From positions 1 through 26,721 of the forward strand of contig JBEPZV010000034.1 of NCBI GenBank assembly GCA_041640655.1: a DNA stretch of 26,721 nucleotides. The letters run 5' to 3'. How positions within the stretch are numbered: position 1 is the first letter of the stretch; each line of letters starts with the position of its first letter. Shown here piece by piece: positions 1-8,009 of the stretch. This DNA comes from a bacterium. Lineage in GTDB: Bacteria; Acidobacteriota; Blastocatellia; HR10. The translations under genes were made by a program, and so were the position numbers. Below the pieces are notes generated by a model. It was given only the letters and a program-made list of their open reading frames with translations, had not been told where the DNA came from and did no database searches.

Positions 1-38
1 CAATCCCGATTTCGTGTATTCTCTCTACCGAACGCGGT

Positions 39-114
39 GGGGCTATAGCTCAGTTGGGAGAGCGCGTGAATGGCATTCACGAGGTCGCCGGTTCGAATCC
101 GGCTAGCTCCACCA
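39..114 (+). tRNA. tRNA-Ala (anticodon GGC)
   Basis: 76-nt GGGGCTATAGCTCAGTTGGGAGAGCG...GGTTCGAATCC...AGCTCCACCA. Anticodon stem CGTGA/TCACG with loop ATGGCAT (GGC at 72-74), G3:U70 alanine identity pair, encoded CCA. A -10-like TATTCT lies at 17-22. Confidence 0.98.
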
Positions 115-419
115 AGCGACCTTTTTTTATTGCCCCGATAATAAGCCGCCCAATGAAGATGGAGCCCACAGCTCCCTTCGACTGAGAACACCATGCGCTT
201 TTCTCGTGCGTCGGCGGGAGGCCGCCTCTGCAGGGTCGCCATCGGCGTCTCGCTGTGACCGGCCCGACATCATACTGCGTCAGGACGATATTTTCTCCTT
301 GATTTTTCGCCAAGCCGGATGGAAAATCCCCTTCGCCCCATATACCGGTGGGGAAGCGCGGGCCGACCTCGTCCAGAGGGCCTGCGCATGGAAAAAACCA
401 CACATGGAGGGAAGGAGCC

Positions 420-587
420 ATGACCCTGACGAAGTGGTTTATTCTGATCCTCTTGAGCCTGTTGATGGGCAGCTCATCCTGGTTCACGCGAGAGCCCGAT
501 CTGCGGACGCCCGGTCAGATCACGACAGCGAGCGATGGTTTGTGCTGCGCAGTAGGAGCCCCCTGCTGCTCGACCTCACCGAAGTAA
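420..587 (+). CDS. Small (55 aa) putative secreted cysteine-rich peptide, MTLTKWFILILLSLLMGSSSWFTREPDLRTPGQITTASDGLCCAVGAPCCSTSPK
   Basis: Internal ATG at 420 of ORF 348..587, preceded by a strong SD-rich tract (GGAGGGAAGGAG). It has a Lys plus hydrophobic signal-like N-terminus and a C-terminal CC-x5-CC motif. Its stop is 23 nt from the convergent CHAT gene stop. Confidence 0.7.
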   Translation: MTLTKWFILILLSLLMGSSSWFTREPDLRTPGQITTASDGLCCAVGAPCCSTSPK

Positions 588-610
588 ATCGCACCTCGTG
601 CGATCGCGCG

Positions 611-3598
611 CTAAGGTGATCCGATCACGATAAACGGCGCCCAGTAGAACGGAGCGAGTCCGCGCCGGATGAGCGCGAGTTTCGCCAAACGGAGGGCGTG
701 TGCCGTCGGGAGGCCGCGCGCGAGAAGACCTTCGTAAAATTTCGTCATCAGCACCTGTGTCGCCGCATCCTCGACTTTCCAGAGCGAGCCGCAGACGCGG
801 CGCGCCCCGGCCAACAGAAAAGCGCGGCCGAGCCCGATGACCGACTCCGCCTCTGTTCTTTGTCCGGTTCCGGTCTCGCATCCGCTCAGGACGACGAGAT
901 CGGCATCAAGCCGCAGACGCGCGATCTCGGCGGCGGTGAGGATGCCGTCATCGTCGTTGCAATCCTCTTTGAGACGAGCCCCCGGTTCCGATCGGCAATT
1001 CCCACCGACGAGCGAGAGGACGATGGCCGAGAGCTCTCCATCCTCCGCATCGGCGACGGCATGCGTCGCCAGATGCAGGAAGCGATAGGCCGTGAGATCG
1101 CGGCGCTTCACGTTCCCTTCGCTCGCTTCAAATCCGAGCCAGACGGTCGGACGGAGCCGATATCGCGCGCCCAGGGCAGCGATCTCTCGCACCTCGCGCT
1201 CCGTTGATGGGAGCCGATGCAGGCCGCTGCGAAGGCGTCCGCCAGCACTCATCGCGATGAGCGCGGAGGCGTTCTCTTGCTCATTCTTCTCCTTGGCCCG
1301 AGGATCGTCCGCGTTGAAGACGGGATCGCCGACAAGAAGCAGGCCGCTCTTGTGAACCGCCTGTTGGGGACGTCCCGTGACCTCGACGAGCACAGAGGCT
1401 GAAGGGGCGTATGCGATAGCATGCTCTTCGACGAGATAGCGCGCCCGCATGTTCTCCGTGTCGGGTGGGTTCACGACGAGCGCCTCAAAGGCCAGATTGT
1501 AGAGGGCGGCATCGGGGATGATGATCAGCTCGCGGCCGCGGATCAGCGGAGCAGCCGGTTGCACGAGCATTTGATAGAGCCGGTGAGCGGCTTCCGCGTA
1601 GGCGCGGAGGGCGTCTGCTGTGCGACCGGCCGCTGTGGCCTGTCGCCGAATGTGCGCGCGCCACTGGGCCACGGCATCACGGATCGTCGTCCAGTCGGGC
1701 AGCTTGAAGAGCCGAACCGAGTCTCGCGTGAGGACGATGAGGAAGCTCTCTTGAATGCCGAGTTGATAGAGGAGGACGGCCGTCTCGGGCCGCGCGGCCA
1801 GATACTCGCGTTGCACGCGCTCGGCCGTGAGTGGCGCGATCCACGCTTTCTCGGCGCGCTCGGCCACAGCATGGCGAATCCGGGCTTCCAGGCGAATGCG
1901 CTCGTTGAGCAGTCGAGCGCGCTCTTCTTCCAAACGATCCAGCTCCGACACATCCAGTGTCCCGCCGGCACGCGCGAAGACGATCTGACGGCCGAGCGCC
2001 GAGAGGCGATCAAGCAACGCACGCTCTTCCTCGAAGAGTTCGACCGCGCTTCGCGCCGAGGGGGTGATCTTCAAAGCCGCGAGCTGTTCCAGGAGCGAGC
2101 GGCTCCGGCTCCGCTCGGCGATGTCGAAAGCCTGACGCGCGTATTCGTCATGAGGATGGCGCGCGTAGAGGGCGTAGAGGCTCTGAACGATCTGCGTGGA
2201 GATCGCCTTCACTTGCGCGAGGAACCGTTGCCGCAGCTCCTCGATCGTCGCGCGCGCCCAGGCGCGCTCCATCACGCGCAGAGCTTCGGTGCACAATTGC
2301 AAGGCGGCTTCATGATTCCCCTTAAGAGATTCGGCGAAGGCCTGCATTTGTAAAGCCATTCGATAGGGGTCTGAGCCGTCATTCGGATCAATCAAAGTGA
2401 GGGCCTCGCGGGCCGAACGGATGATCCCTTCGGCATCTTTCAAGACGAAATACCCCACGCTCATCACGATGAGGAGTGCGCTCTCCTGGTCCCGGCACTC
2501 AAGACGGCGGGCGAGATCGCGGGCTTCGGCGGCGACGGCCAGTCCCTCCCGAACCTTTCCCGACATGATATATGCTTCGGCGAGTCGGGAGGCGACGAGT
2601 AGACGAAGCGTGGGATCGAGGCCATCGCGAAGAGCGTGCGCCCGCTCGGCGTACGCAATGGCGCGTTCTCTCTCCGAGAGGCGGAGGAAATCGAAGAGCG
2701 AGGCGTAGAGTCGGGCAAGCGGCGTGGGGTGTTTCAGGCGTTCGGCTCGCTCAAGCGCCTGGCGATAGTACACCGTGGCCGCATCATTGCGATCCAGGGA
2801 GCGATAGAGATCGCCCAGATGGGTGAGCGTGAGGGCCTCGGCGTATTCGGCAGCGCGCAAGCTCTTACCAAGGGCGAGCGTCCGCTCCAATTCGGCGATC
2901 GCTTGCTCGTAGTGCATGCGGCGGGCCAGAAGCGCCGCGCGCTCCATACCGATGGCCCATTGCCCGTAGCGGAAATCGGCGGCTTTCGCCGCGGCCAGGC
3001 TCTCGGTGTAGTGAGCTTCGGCTTCGGTCCAGCGCCGATGTTCCCGCAGATAGCGGCCGAGGGCCAGATGCAGCCAGCTTCGCGCGCGCCGATTCTGTCG
3101 GCTCTCGGCCCACTGGAGTCCACGCTGAACGTAGGCGAACACATCCGCCTCGCGCCAGAGGGGCTCATCGTCACCTGCGCGCAGCGCGATCCAGTAGGTA
3201 CCGTATTGATCAGCGTTCGCTCCGCAGACGATGGCCGTGTAGCGACCGGTAGTGGGCAACGTGGTGCGGATGCGGGCAGTGAAAAACCAATCGTCGTCTT
3301 CGCTCCAGGCGATCGGGCGCCCCCAAGGGCCGAGAAGTTGCAGCGAAGGGTCGAATTCGTAAGACGTGACCGTGAGGGTGATGCGCTGACCGGCCTCGGC
3401 CTCGAAGCTCCAGAAGTGCTTCGGCCCGCAGACGCCGCCCGGGGTGAACGAATCGTTGGGATGAAGGACACTCTCCTGCTGTTCGCCGAAGCGGATCGGT
3501 CGCGCCAGCGGGGCGCGCCAGCCGAGAATGAAGGCGAGGGTCGAGAGGCCGACCATCAGGCCGAGGATGAGCATTCGCCGCATGGCGCGATCCCTCAT
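611..3598 (-). CDS. Exported CHAT-domain (caspase/HetF-like) cysteine protease with N-terminal signal/TM, PPC-like domain and TPR array
   Basis: Hydrophobic N-terminus (MRRMLILGLMVGLSTLAFILGW); PPC-like segment (FEAEAGQRITLTVTSYEFDPSLQLLGP...LPTTGRYTAIV); TPR-like helices; CHAT motifs LIIIPDAALYNLAFEAL, FLHLATHA (catalytic His), LVVLSGCETG (catalytic Cys), GSLWKVED and PFYWAPF. ATGA overlap with the upstream anti-sigma; an alternative start is at 3583. Confidence 0.93.
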   Translation of the reverse strand: MRDRAMRRMLILGLMVGLSTLAFILGWRAPLARPIRFGEQQESVLHPNDSFTPGGVCGPKHFWSFEAEAGQRITLTVTSYEFDPSLQLLGPWGRPIAWSEDDDWFFTARIRTTLPTTGRYTAIVCGANADQYGTYWIALRAGDDEPLWREADVFAYVQRGLQWAESRQNRRARSWLHLALGRYLREHRRWTEAEAHYTESLAAAKAADFRYGQWAIGMERAALLARRMHYEQAIAELERTLALGKSLRAAEYAEALTLTHLGDLYRSLDRNDAATVYYRQALERAERLKHPTPLARLYASLFDFLRLSERERAIAYAERAHALRDGLDPTLRLLVASRLAEAYIMSGKVREGLAVAAEARDLARRLECRDQESALLIVMSVGYFVLKDAEGIIRSAREALTLIDPNDGSDPYRMALQMQAFAESLKGNHEAALQLCTEALRVMERAWARATIEELRQRFLAQVKAISTQIVQSLYALYARHPHDEYARQAFDIAERSRSRSLLEQLAALKITPSARSAVELFEEERALLDRLSALGRQIVFARAGGTLDVSELDRLEEERARLLNERIRLEARIRHAVAERAEKAWIAPLTAERVQREYLAARPETAVLLYQLGIQESFLIVLTRDSVRLFKLPDWTTIRDAVAQWRAHIRRQATAAGRTADALRAYAEAAHRLYQMLVQPAAPLIRGRELIIIPDAALYNLAFEALVVNPPDTENMRARYLVEEHAIAYAPSASVLVEVTGRPQQAVHKSGLLLVGDPVFNADDPRAKEKNEQENASALIAMSAGGRLRSGLHRLPSTEREVREIAALGARYRLRPTVWLGFEASEGNVKRRDLTAYRFLHLATHAVADAEDGELSAIVLSLVGGNCRSEPGARLKEDCNDDDGILTAAEIARLRLDADLVVLSGCETGTGQRTEAESVIGLGRAFLLAGARRVCGSLWKVEDAATQVLMTKFYEGLLARGLPTAHALRLAKLALIRRGLAPFYWAPFIVIGSP

Positions 3599-4410
3599 TT
3601 CACCGTGCCGAAGCGAAGGAGCTGGCGTCTGGCCTGTTCGGCTTCACGGCGGTAGACGCTGTTTTCCGCAATGAGCGTCTCCAGTTCGCGAAGGGCATCC
3701 TCGCGTTGGCCCGCGCGCGCATACGCGAGTGCCAGATGATACCGGCTGCGTTCCTGTTCCACGCCCACGCTGAGTTGAACGGCCCGACGCAAAGGGCCGA
3801 TGGCTTCCTGCGGGCGATCGAGCTGAAGCCAGGAAGCGCCTAAGTAGAAGTGCGCTTCGGCGTTCTCCGGCTCAAGCCGCACAATCGGCATGAGCAGTTC
3901 GATGGCTCGTACGAAGTCGCCTTTCTCGTAAGCGGAGAGCGCGCTCTCAAACGGCGTCCGCGTCTCCACGCTGCGCAACCGCGCGATCTGTTCGGGTGAG
4001 AGGGAGGATTTTGGGGCAGAAGGGGGTGCCTTCTCCGATGGGCCGATGTGCGCCATCTCCGGGGGCTTCTCGGGCGCGCGCAGCCAGAGCCAAGTCGTCA
4101 CGCCCACGCTCACGGCGATGAGGATCGCGGCGGCCCATGCGATGCGCCGCTTCTGCAGATGGGTCAGAAGGCGCATCTGCCAGAGCAGTTGTCTCGCTCT
4201 TGAGGCGCTCGCTTTCGAGGCCAAAGCCGCCTCGCGTTTGGCGCGCAGCAGGTCTGTGGCAGGTTCCAGCGCGTACAGCTCGGCATGGCAGAAGTCGCAC
4301 TGCGCGAGGTGGTCCAGGAATGCGTCCCGCTCCGAATCCTCCAACATGCCCAGCTCGTATTGCGGGAGCAACTGCCCGACTCGGGGATCTGTGCACCTCA
4401 GCTCGGACAT
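3595..4410 (-). CDS. Zinc-binding (zf-HC2/ZAS) transmembrane anti-sigma factor with C-terminal extracytoplasmic TPR repeats
   Basis: N-terminal C...LL..Y..G.L...E...F..HLAQCDFC (HxxxCxxC); one TM helix (IAWAAAILIAVSVGVTTWLWL); Pro-rich linker; TPRs (EPENAEAHFYLGASWLQLDRPQEAI; SRYHLALAYARAGQREDA). SD GAGGAGG. Lies directly downstream of an ECF sigma gene. Confidence 0.88.
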   Translation of the reverse strand: MSELRCTDPRVGQLLPQYELGMLEDSERDAFLDHLAQCDFCHAELYALEPATDLLRAKREAALASKASASRARQLLWQMRLLTHLQKRRIAWAAAILIAVSVGVTTWLWLRAPEKPPEMAHIGPSEKAPPSAPKSSLSPEQIARLRSVETRTPFESALSAYEKGDFVRAIELLMPIVRLEPENAEAHFYLGASWLQLDRPQEAIGPLRRAVQLSVGVEQERSRYHLALAYARAGQREDALRELETLIAENSVYRREAEQARRQLLRFGTVK

Positions 4411-4434
4411 ACTCGTGTCCTCCTCTGGCGGGGG

Positions 4435-5031
4435 TCACCACTCAATCCCCCACCGCTCCTTGAGCAGGCGCCGCAGGGTTCGGCGACTGCGATAGAGTAA
4501 GGTGTCGAATTGGTTCGAGGTGATGCCCAGGATTCGACACAGCTCCTTTTTGCTCAGTCCATTGCAAATCCCCCGAAGGACCACGGCATACTGAGGATTG
4601 ATCCGGTACAACTCATCGAGCGCCTGTTCGAGGATCCGCTCCAGCTCGAGCGCTTCCGGATTCGCCTCGATGCGGCAGGAACGGATCACCTCCTCCAGAG
4701 GAACCTCATGTGGATCCCGAGAGCGACGATACCGAGCGTGAACGCTGAGCCTGTTCCTCAATGCCCTCCGCGCGAGTCGCAACACATCCTCCCACGTCCG
4801 AAGCTTCGGGAGATGCTCGTGAACGGCGAGCATCGCCTCCTGAACGGTGTCTTCAACGTCCGCCGCGCGCAGGCCGAGGCCTTGCCTGTGCCGGGCGAGA
4901 GCGAGCAGGCGTTCCCGCAGGAAGGTGAAGATTTCCTCCAGCGCCTCATGCGATCCCTCTTGGGCTTGCCGCAGCAGCTCCGTCAGCTCGGCTCTCGTAT
5001 ATGCTCGAGCGGCTTTCTCAACGGCTTCCAT
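4435..5031 (-). CDS. ECF-family RNA polymerase sigma factor (198 aa)
   Basis: Region 2 (AQEGSHEALEEIF...DVEDTVQEAML) and region 4 HTH (GLSKKELCRILGITSNQFDTLLYRSRRTLRRLL). Start moved to ATG 5031 (MEAVEK) because a purine-rich SD precedes it and the predicted promoter lies at 5068-5097. Confidence 0.9.
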   Translation of the reverse strand: MEAVEKAARAYTRAELTELLRQAQEGSHEALEEIFTFLRERLLALARHRQGLGLRAADVEDTVQEAMLAVHEHLPKLRTWEDVLRLARRALRNRLSVHARYRRSRDPHEVPLEEVIRSCRIEANPEALELERILEQALDELYRINPQYAVVLRGICNGLSKKELCRILGITSNQFDTLLYRSRRTLRRLLKERWGIEW

Positions 5032-5067
5032 ACACCACCCCTTCTCCGACCGAGCGATTCGCGCGTT

Positions 5068-5097
5068 AGAATACCACACCCGGCGAGGGCGTGACAA
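5068..5097 (-). promoter_or_regulatory. Sigma-70-type promoter for the ECF/anti-sigma/CHAT operon
   Basis: Minus strand TTGTCA-N18-TATTCT with extended -10 TG, located in the comEC-sigma gap. Confidence 0.6.
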
Positions 5098-5117
5098 TGG
5101 GGGGATCTCCGGATGCT

Positions 5118-8009
5118 TCACAGGCGTTCCCGGCCATAGGGGCGAATCCGGACGGTTCGCCCATCGGTCATGAGGGTGATCATCCCCTGCTGCCCGGTGT
5201 GGAAGAGGGAGATCTCCCGGCGTTCGTATCGCTCTCGAACTTCGGGATGAGGGTAGCGGAAACGCCCGCCGGTTGTCGGATCAGCCGCCGAGAGGATCGC
5301 CCATCGGGGGCGAACGCGATTGAGGAAGGGATCGGAGCTGCTGGTCCGACTCCCGTGATGCGGGACCTTGAGGACATCGCTCCACAGGTCCCAGCCGGAG
5401 AAGAGCAAGGCCTCTTCGGCCGCGCGCTCGATGTCTCCCGGAAGCAGGATGGAGATGTCGCCGTACTGAAGTCGGAGGACGAGCGAGTCATCGTTTCCCC
5501 AGGTCTCCGGCTGTCGCGTCGTCGGTGGAGGCCAGAGAACGGTCATCGTGACCGGCGGGTCTCCGATCCTGAGGCGATCACCTTGTCCGAGGCTCAGAAG
5601 GGGAATACGCTTGCGCTCCGCCGCGCGCAGGAATGAGGCGAAGAGCGCATCTGACATCGGGCGTCGCGCCAAGAGCACGCCTCTGATCTCGAAGTTTCGG
5701 ATGACGTCTGTGAATCCGCGCAGGTGATCGGCATGAGCGTGCGTCGGGACCAGATAGTCGACGCGCTTGAGTCCTCGCGACCAGAGGAAGTTGGAGACGA
5801 CGGCCTCTCCGATCGGCGGGCGGTCTTCGAGGAATTCTGGTTCCCCATCATCGGACGACTCCCCGGCGGAGACGTCGGGAGAAGCGGGGCCGATCTCTCC
5901 ACCGGCATCCACGAGCATCGTCGTCCCGTCGGGGAATTCGATGAGGGCCGCGTCTCCATGTCCGACGTCGAGGAAATGGATGAGGAGCCATCCCTTCGGG
6001 CGAGCGGGCTCCAGAGGGTGGAGGACCAAAAACGCGAGGCTCAGGAGGAAAACGAGCGCGCTGCCCCACGAACGTGCTCGCCGCAGTGGGAGCCCTGCTC
6101 GCTGCTGCGATGGCGCTGGTCGAGCGGCCGGACGCGGGCGATCAAGTGGATGCCATGCGTGCAGCCGATACGCGAGGTAAAGGACCGGAGCCCAGTAGGC
6201 GAGGTAGACAAAGGCGCCGACGCCCGAATAATCCGGGGTGCGAAAGCTCAGCGCAGGGAATCGGAGCGCCAGGTCGGAGCTGGCGATCGTCGCTTCGGTG
6301 AGCGCGTGAGTGAGTTTGGCCAGTCCTGCCCCCCATTCCGGATGCCACAGTGCGAGCGCGAGCGTTCCGATGGCCGTCAGCCCCAGGAGAGCGACGAGCG
6401 CGCTGACGATCACGTTCAACGCGATGCCGATGAGCGCGACCCGGTGAAAGTATTCGACCATGAGGGGCAGCATCGCCAGTTGGACCGTGAGCGAGACGAG
6501 CAGCGAAATCGCGAGCGCGCGCACCAGAGGTTGGACGCGGAATCGGTTGAGCGCGCGGGCGAGATCGGCCTTCTCCAGTCGGAAGCGAATGGGGGAGCGT
6601 TGCTGCTCGCGCTGAAATCGCCGTTCGTTCCAAAAGAGGCATTCGGCGAACGCGCGGATGATCTCAGGGGCGCGCGGCGGATAGGGGTGATCGGGTGTCG
6701 GCTGCCAGCTGCCGATCGCTTGGAGCCGCGCCAGGAGTGGGATGACGAGCAGAGCCAGGCTGCCTGCAGCGGCGAAGGAGAGCTGAAATGAGGGGGAGAA
6801 GAGTTGCCGGGGATTGACGGCGAGCAGCACCAGTGCGGCGACCCCCAGGCTGTTCGCCACCGGAGCGTGTCGAAACAAGAGCGAGGCCAGCACGAGGGCC
6901 GTCACCATCATAGTCGCGCGCCAGACGGGCGGTTGCCCCCCGACCATGAGCGCATAACCCCACAGCGGGATGAGCGTGCCCAGTGCCCGCCCCAGAGGGC
7001 GTCGCGTGTACCACGAGATGATGCCGAAGAGCACGCCCGCCAAAAAGCCAATGTGCAGCCCGGAGATGACCAGCAGGTGAAATGTCCCTGCGGCGCGAAA
7101 CGCTTCCGCTGCGCGCGCATCGAGGAAATGCCGGTTTCCCAAGAGGAGGGCTTTCACGAGTCCCGCCGTTCGAGGCCCAGCGTCTTGAAAGACCCGGTCC
7201 ACCTCCTGCTCCAGCATCTCCTTCGCATCAAAGAGCGGCGCCAGAAGGCGCGCGATGAGTCGTTCCGTGACCCCGGGCTGCCAGGTGTGCGCGCACGGCA
7301 TCGCGTGCCGAAGGCCCTCCGGAGGTGGAGACACGTCGAGTGGCTCGATGAGGCGTGGGCTCTTGCTCACGGCCGGGAGGTCGTACCCCCGCAGTTCCAA
7401 ATACTCATCGTGGGGTGGCGATCCAGGATTTTGGTATCGCTCGGGCCGCGCGATGCGCACGAGCGCTTGAAGGCGTTGGCCGTAGCGCAGCCCCAATCGT
7501 TCATATGCGGCTTGCGCGTCTGGATCCCCCGCGATGACCATGAGCCGGAGGCGACCGCTCGCGCACACGGTGCGTCCGAAGGTGGCGACGTGCTCGACGT
7601 CGAGATCAAGATAAACCCTTCCCGGCGCGCGCTCGGGCGGGGCTGCGAGTCGCCCGATCACGCGCGCGGGTTCGCCGGCGGCGAGAAGTCCTCGGTCGTA
7701 AAGCGCGCGCAGGCGATGCGGAGTGACGCGCCCCTCCACGACCTGAAGGTGGACGATTCCGGCCAGGCCGTAACCGACGAGGATCAAGGGAACGAATGCG
7801 CGGGAATCCCGCATGCGAATGCTGAGAAGCCAGATGCTCGCGGCAGTCGCCCCCCAGAGGATCGGGCGGGCCGGGAGCATTCGACCGAGGGCGATCCCCA
7901 CGGCGAAAGCGGCGGCCAGAAAGAGCATGGGCTGGCATCGCGGATGCAGTGGGGCGAAGCGATGAGCTTCGACCGAGGGCGGAGCTGGCTCCGAACGCGA
8001 AGGGATCAC
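5118..8009 (-). CDS. comEC: ComEC/Rec2 DNA uptake channel (DUF4131/OB, competence and metallo-beta-lactamase domains)
   Basis: Motifs YQNPG, ALLLG, GTFHLLVISGLHIG, FQLSF, FLDVGHGDAALI, THAHADH, NDDSLVLRL, LKVPHHGSRTSS and YPHPEV, with many TM segments. ATGA overlap with the helicase stop. Confidence 0.95.
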   Translation of the reverse strand: MIPSRSEPAPPSVEAHRFAPLHPRCQPMLFLAAAFAVGIALGRMLPARPILWGATAASIWLLSIRMRDSRAFVPLILVGYGLAGIVHLQVVEGRVTPHRLRALYDRGLLAAGEPARVIGRLAAPPERAPGRVYLDLDVEHVATFGRTVCASGRLRLMVIAGDPDAQAAYERLGLRYGQRLQALVRIARPERYQNPGSPPHDEYLELRGYDLPAVSKSPRLIEPLDVSPPPEGLRHAMPCAHTWQPGVTERLIARLLAPLFDAKEMLEQEVDRVFQDAGPRTAGLVKALLLGNRHFLDARAAEAFRAAGTFHLLVISGLHIGFLAGVLFGIISWYTRRPLGRALGTLIPLWGYALMVGGQPPVWRATMMVTALVLASLLFRHAPVANSLGVAALVLLAVNPRQLFSPSFQLSFAAAGSLALLVIPLLARLQAIGSWQPTPDHPYPPRAPEIIRAFAECLFWNERRFQREQQRSPIRFRLEKADLARALNRFRVQPLVRALAISLLVSLTVQLAMLPLMVEYFHRVALIGIALNVIVSALVALLGLTAIGTLALALWHPEWGAGLAKLTHALTEATIASSDLALRFPALSFRTPDYSGVGAFVYLAYWAPVLYLAYRLHAWHPLDRPRPAARPAPSQQRAGLPLRRARSWGSALVFLLSLAFLVLHPLEPARPKGWLLIHFLDVGHGDAALIEFPDGTTMLVDAGGEIGPASPDVSAGESSDDGEPEFLEDRPPIGEAVVSNFLWSRGLKRVDYLVPTHAHADHLRGFTDVIRNFEIRGVLLARRPMSDALFASFLRAAERKRIPLLSLGQGDRLRIGDPPVTMTVLWPPPTTRQPETWGNDDSLVLRLQYGDISILLPGDIERAAEEALLFSGWDLWSDVLKVPHHGSRTSSSDPFLNRVRPRWAILSAADPTTGGRFRYPHPEVRERYERREISLFHTGQQGMITLMTDGRTVRIRPYGRERL

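Noticed and set aside
115..135. Intrinsic terminator after the tRNA
   Set aside because: A T-tract is present but there is no convincing GC hairpin immediately before it.
77..619. ORFs 77..487 (-) and 206..619 (+)
   Set aside because: The first runs antisense into the tRNA (ending in the typical ELAGFEPATS artefact). The second has no SD or recognisable features and overlaps the better-supported peptide frame.
611..5031. Type III-E CRISPR Craspase (Csx29/Csx30/sigma) locus
   Set aside because: No Cas7-11, Csx30/31 or array is present. The protease has an export signal and the anti-sigma is a membrane zf-HC2 type.
39..5120. Genomic island integrated at tRNA-Ala
   Set aside because: No integrase and no duplicated tRNA 3' end (att site) were found by eye. 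Kept only as a weak possibility.
5032..5121. 30-aa N-terminal extension of the sigma factor overlapping the comEC stop
   Set aside because: The segment contains the predicted promoter, and the SD supports ATG 5031. Similar over-extended starts were trimmed for the helicase, sucC, the coiled-coil, SprT-like, secreted and HEAT genes.
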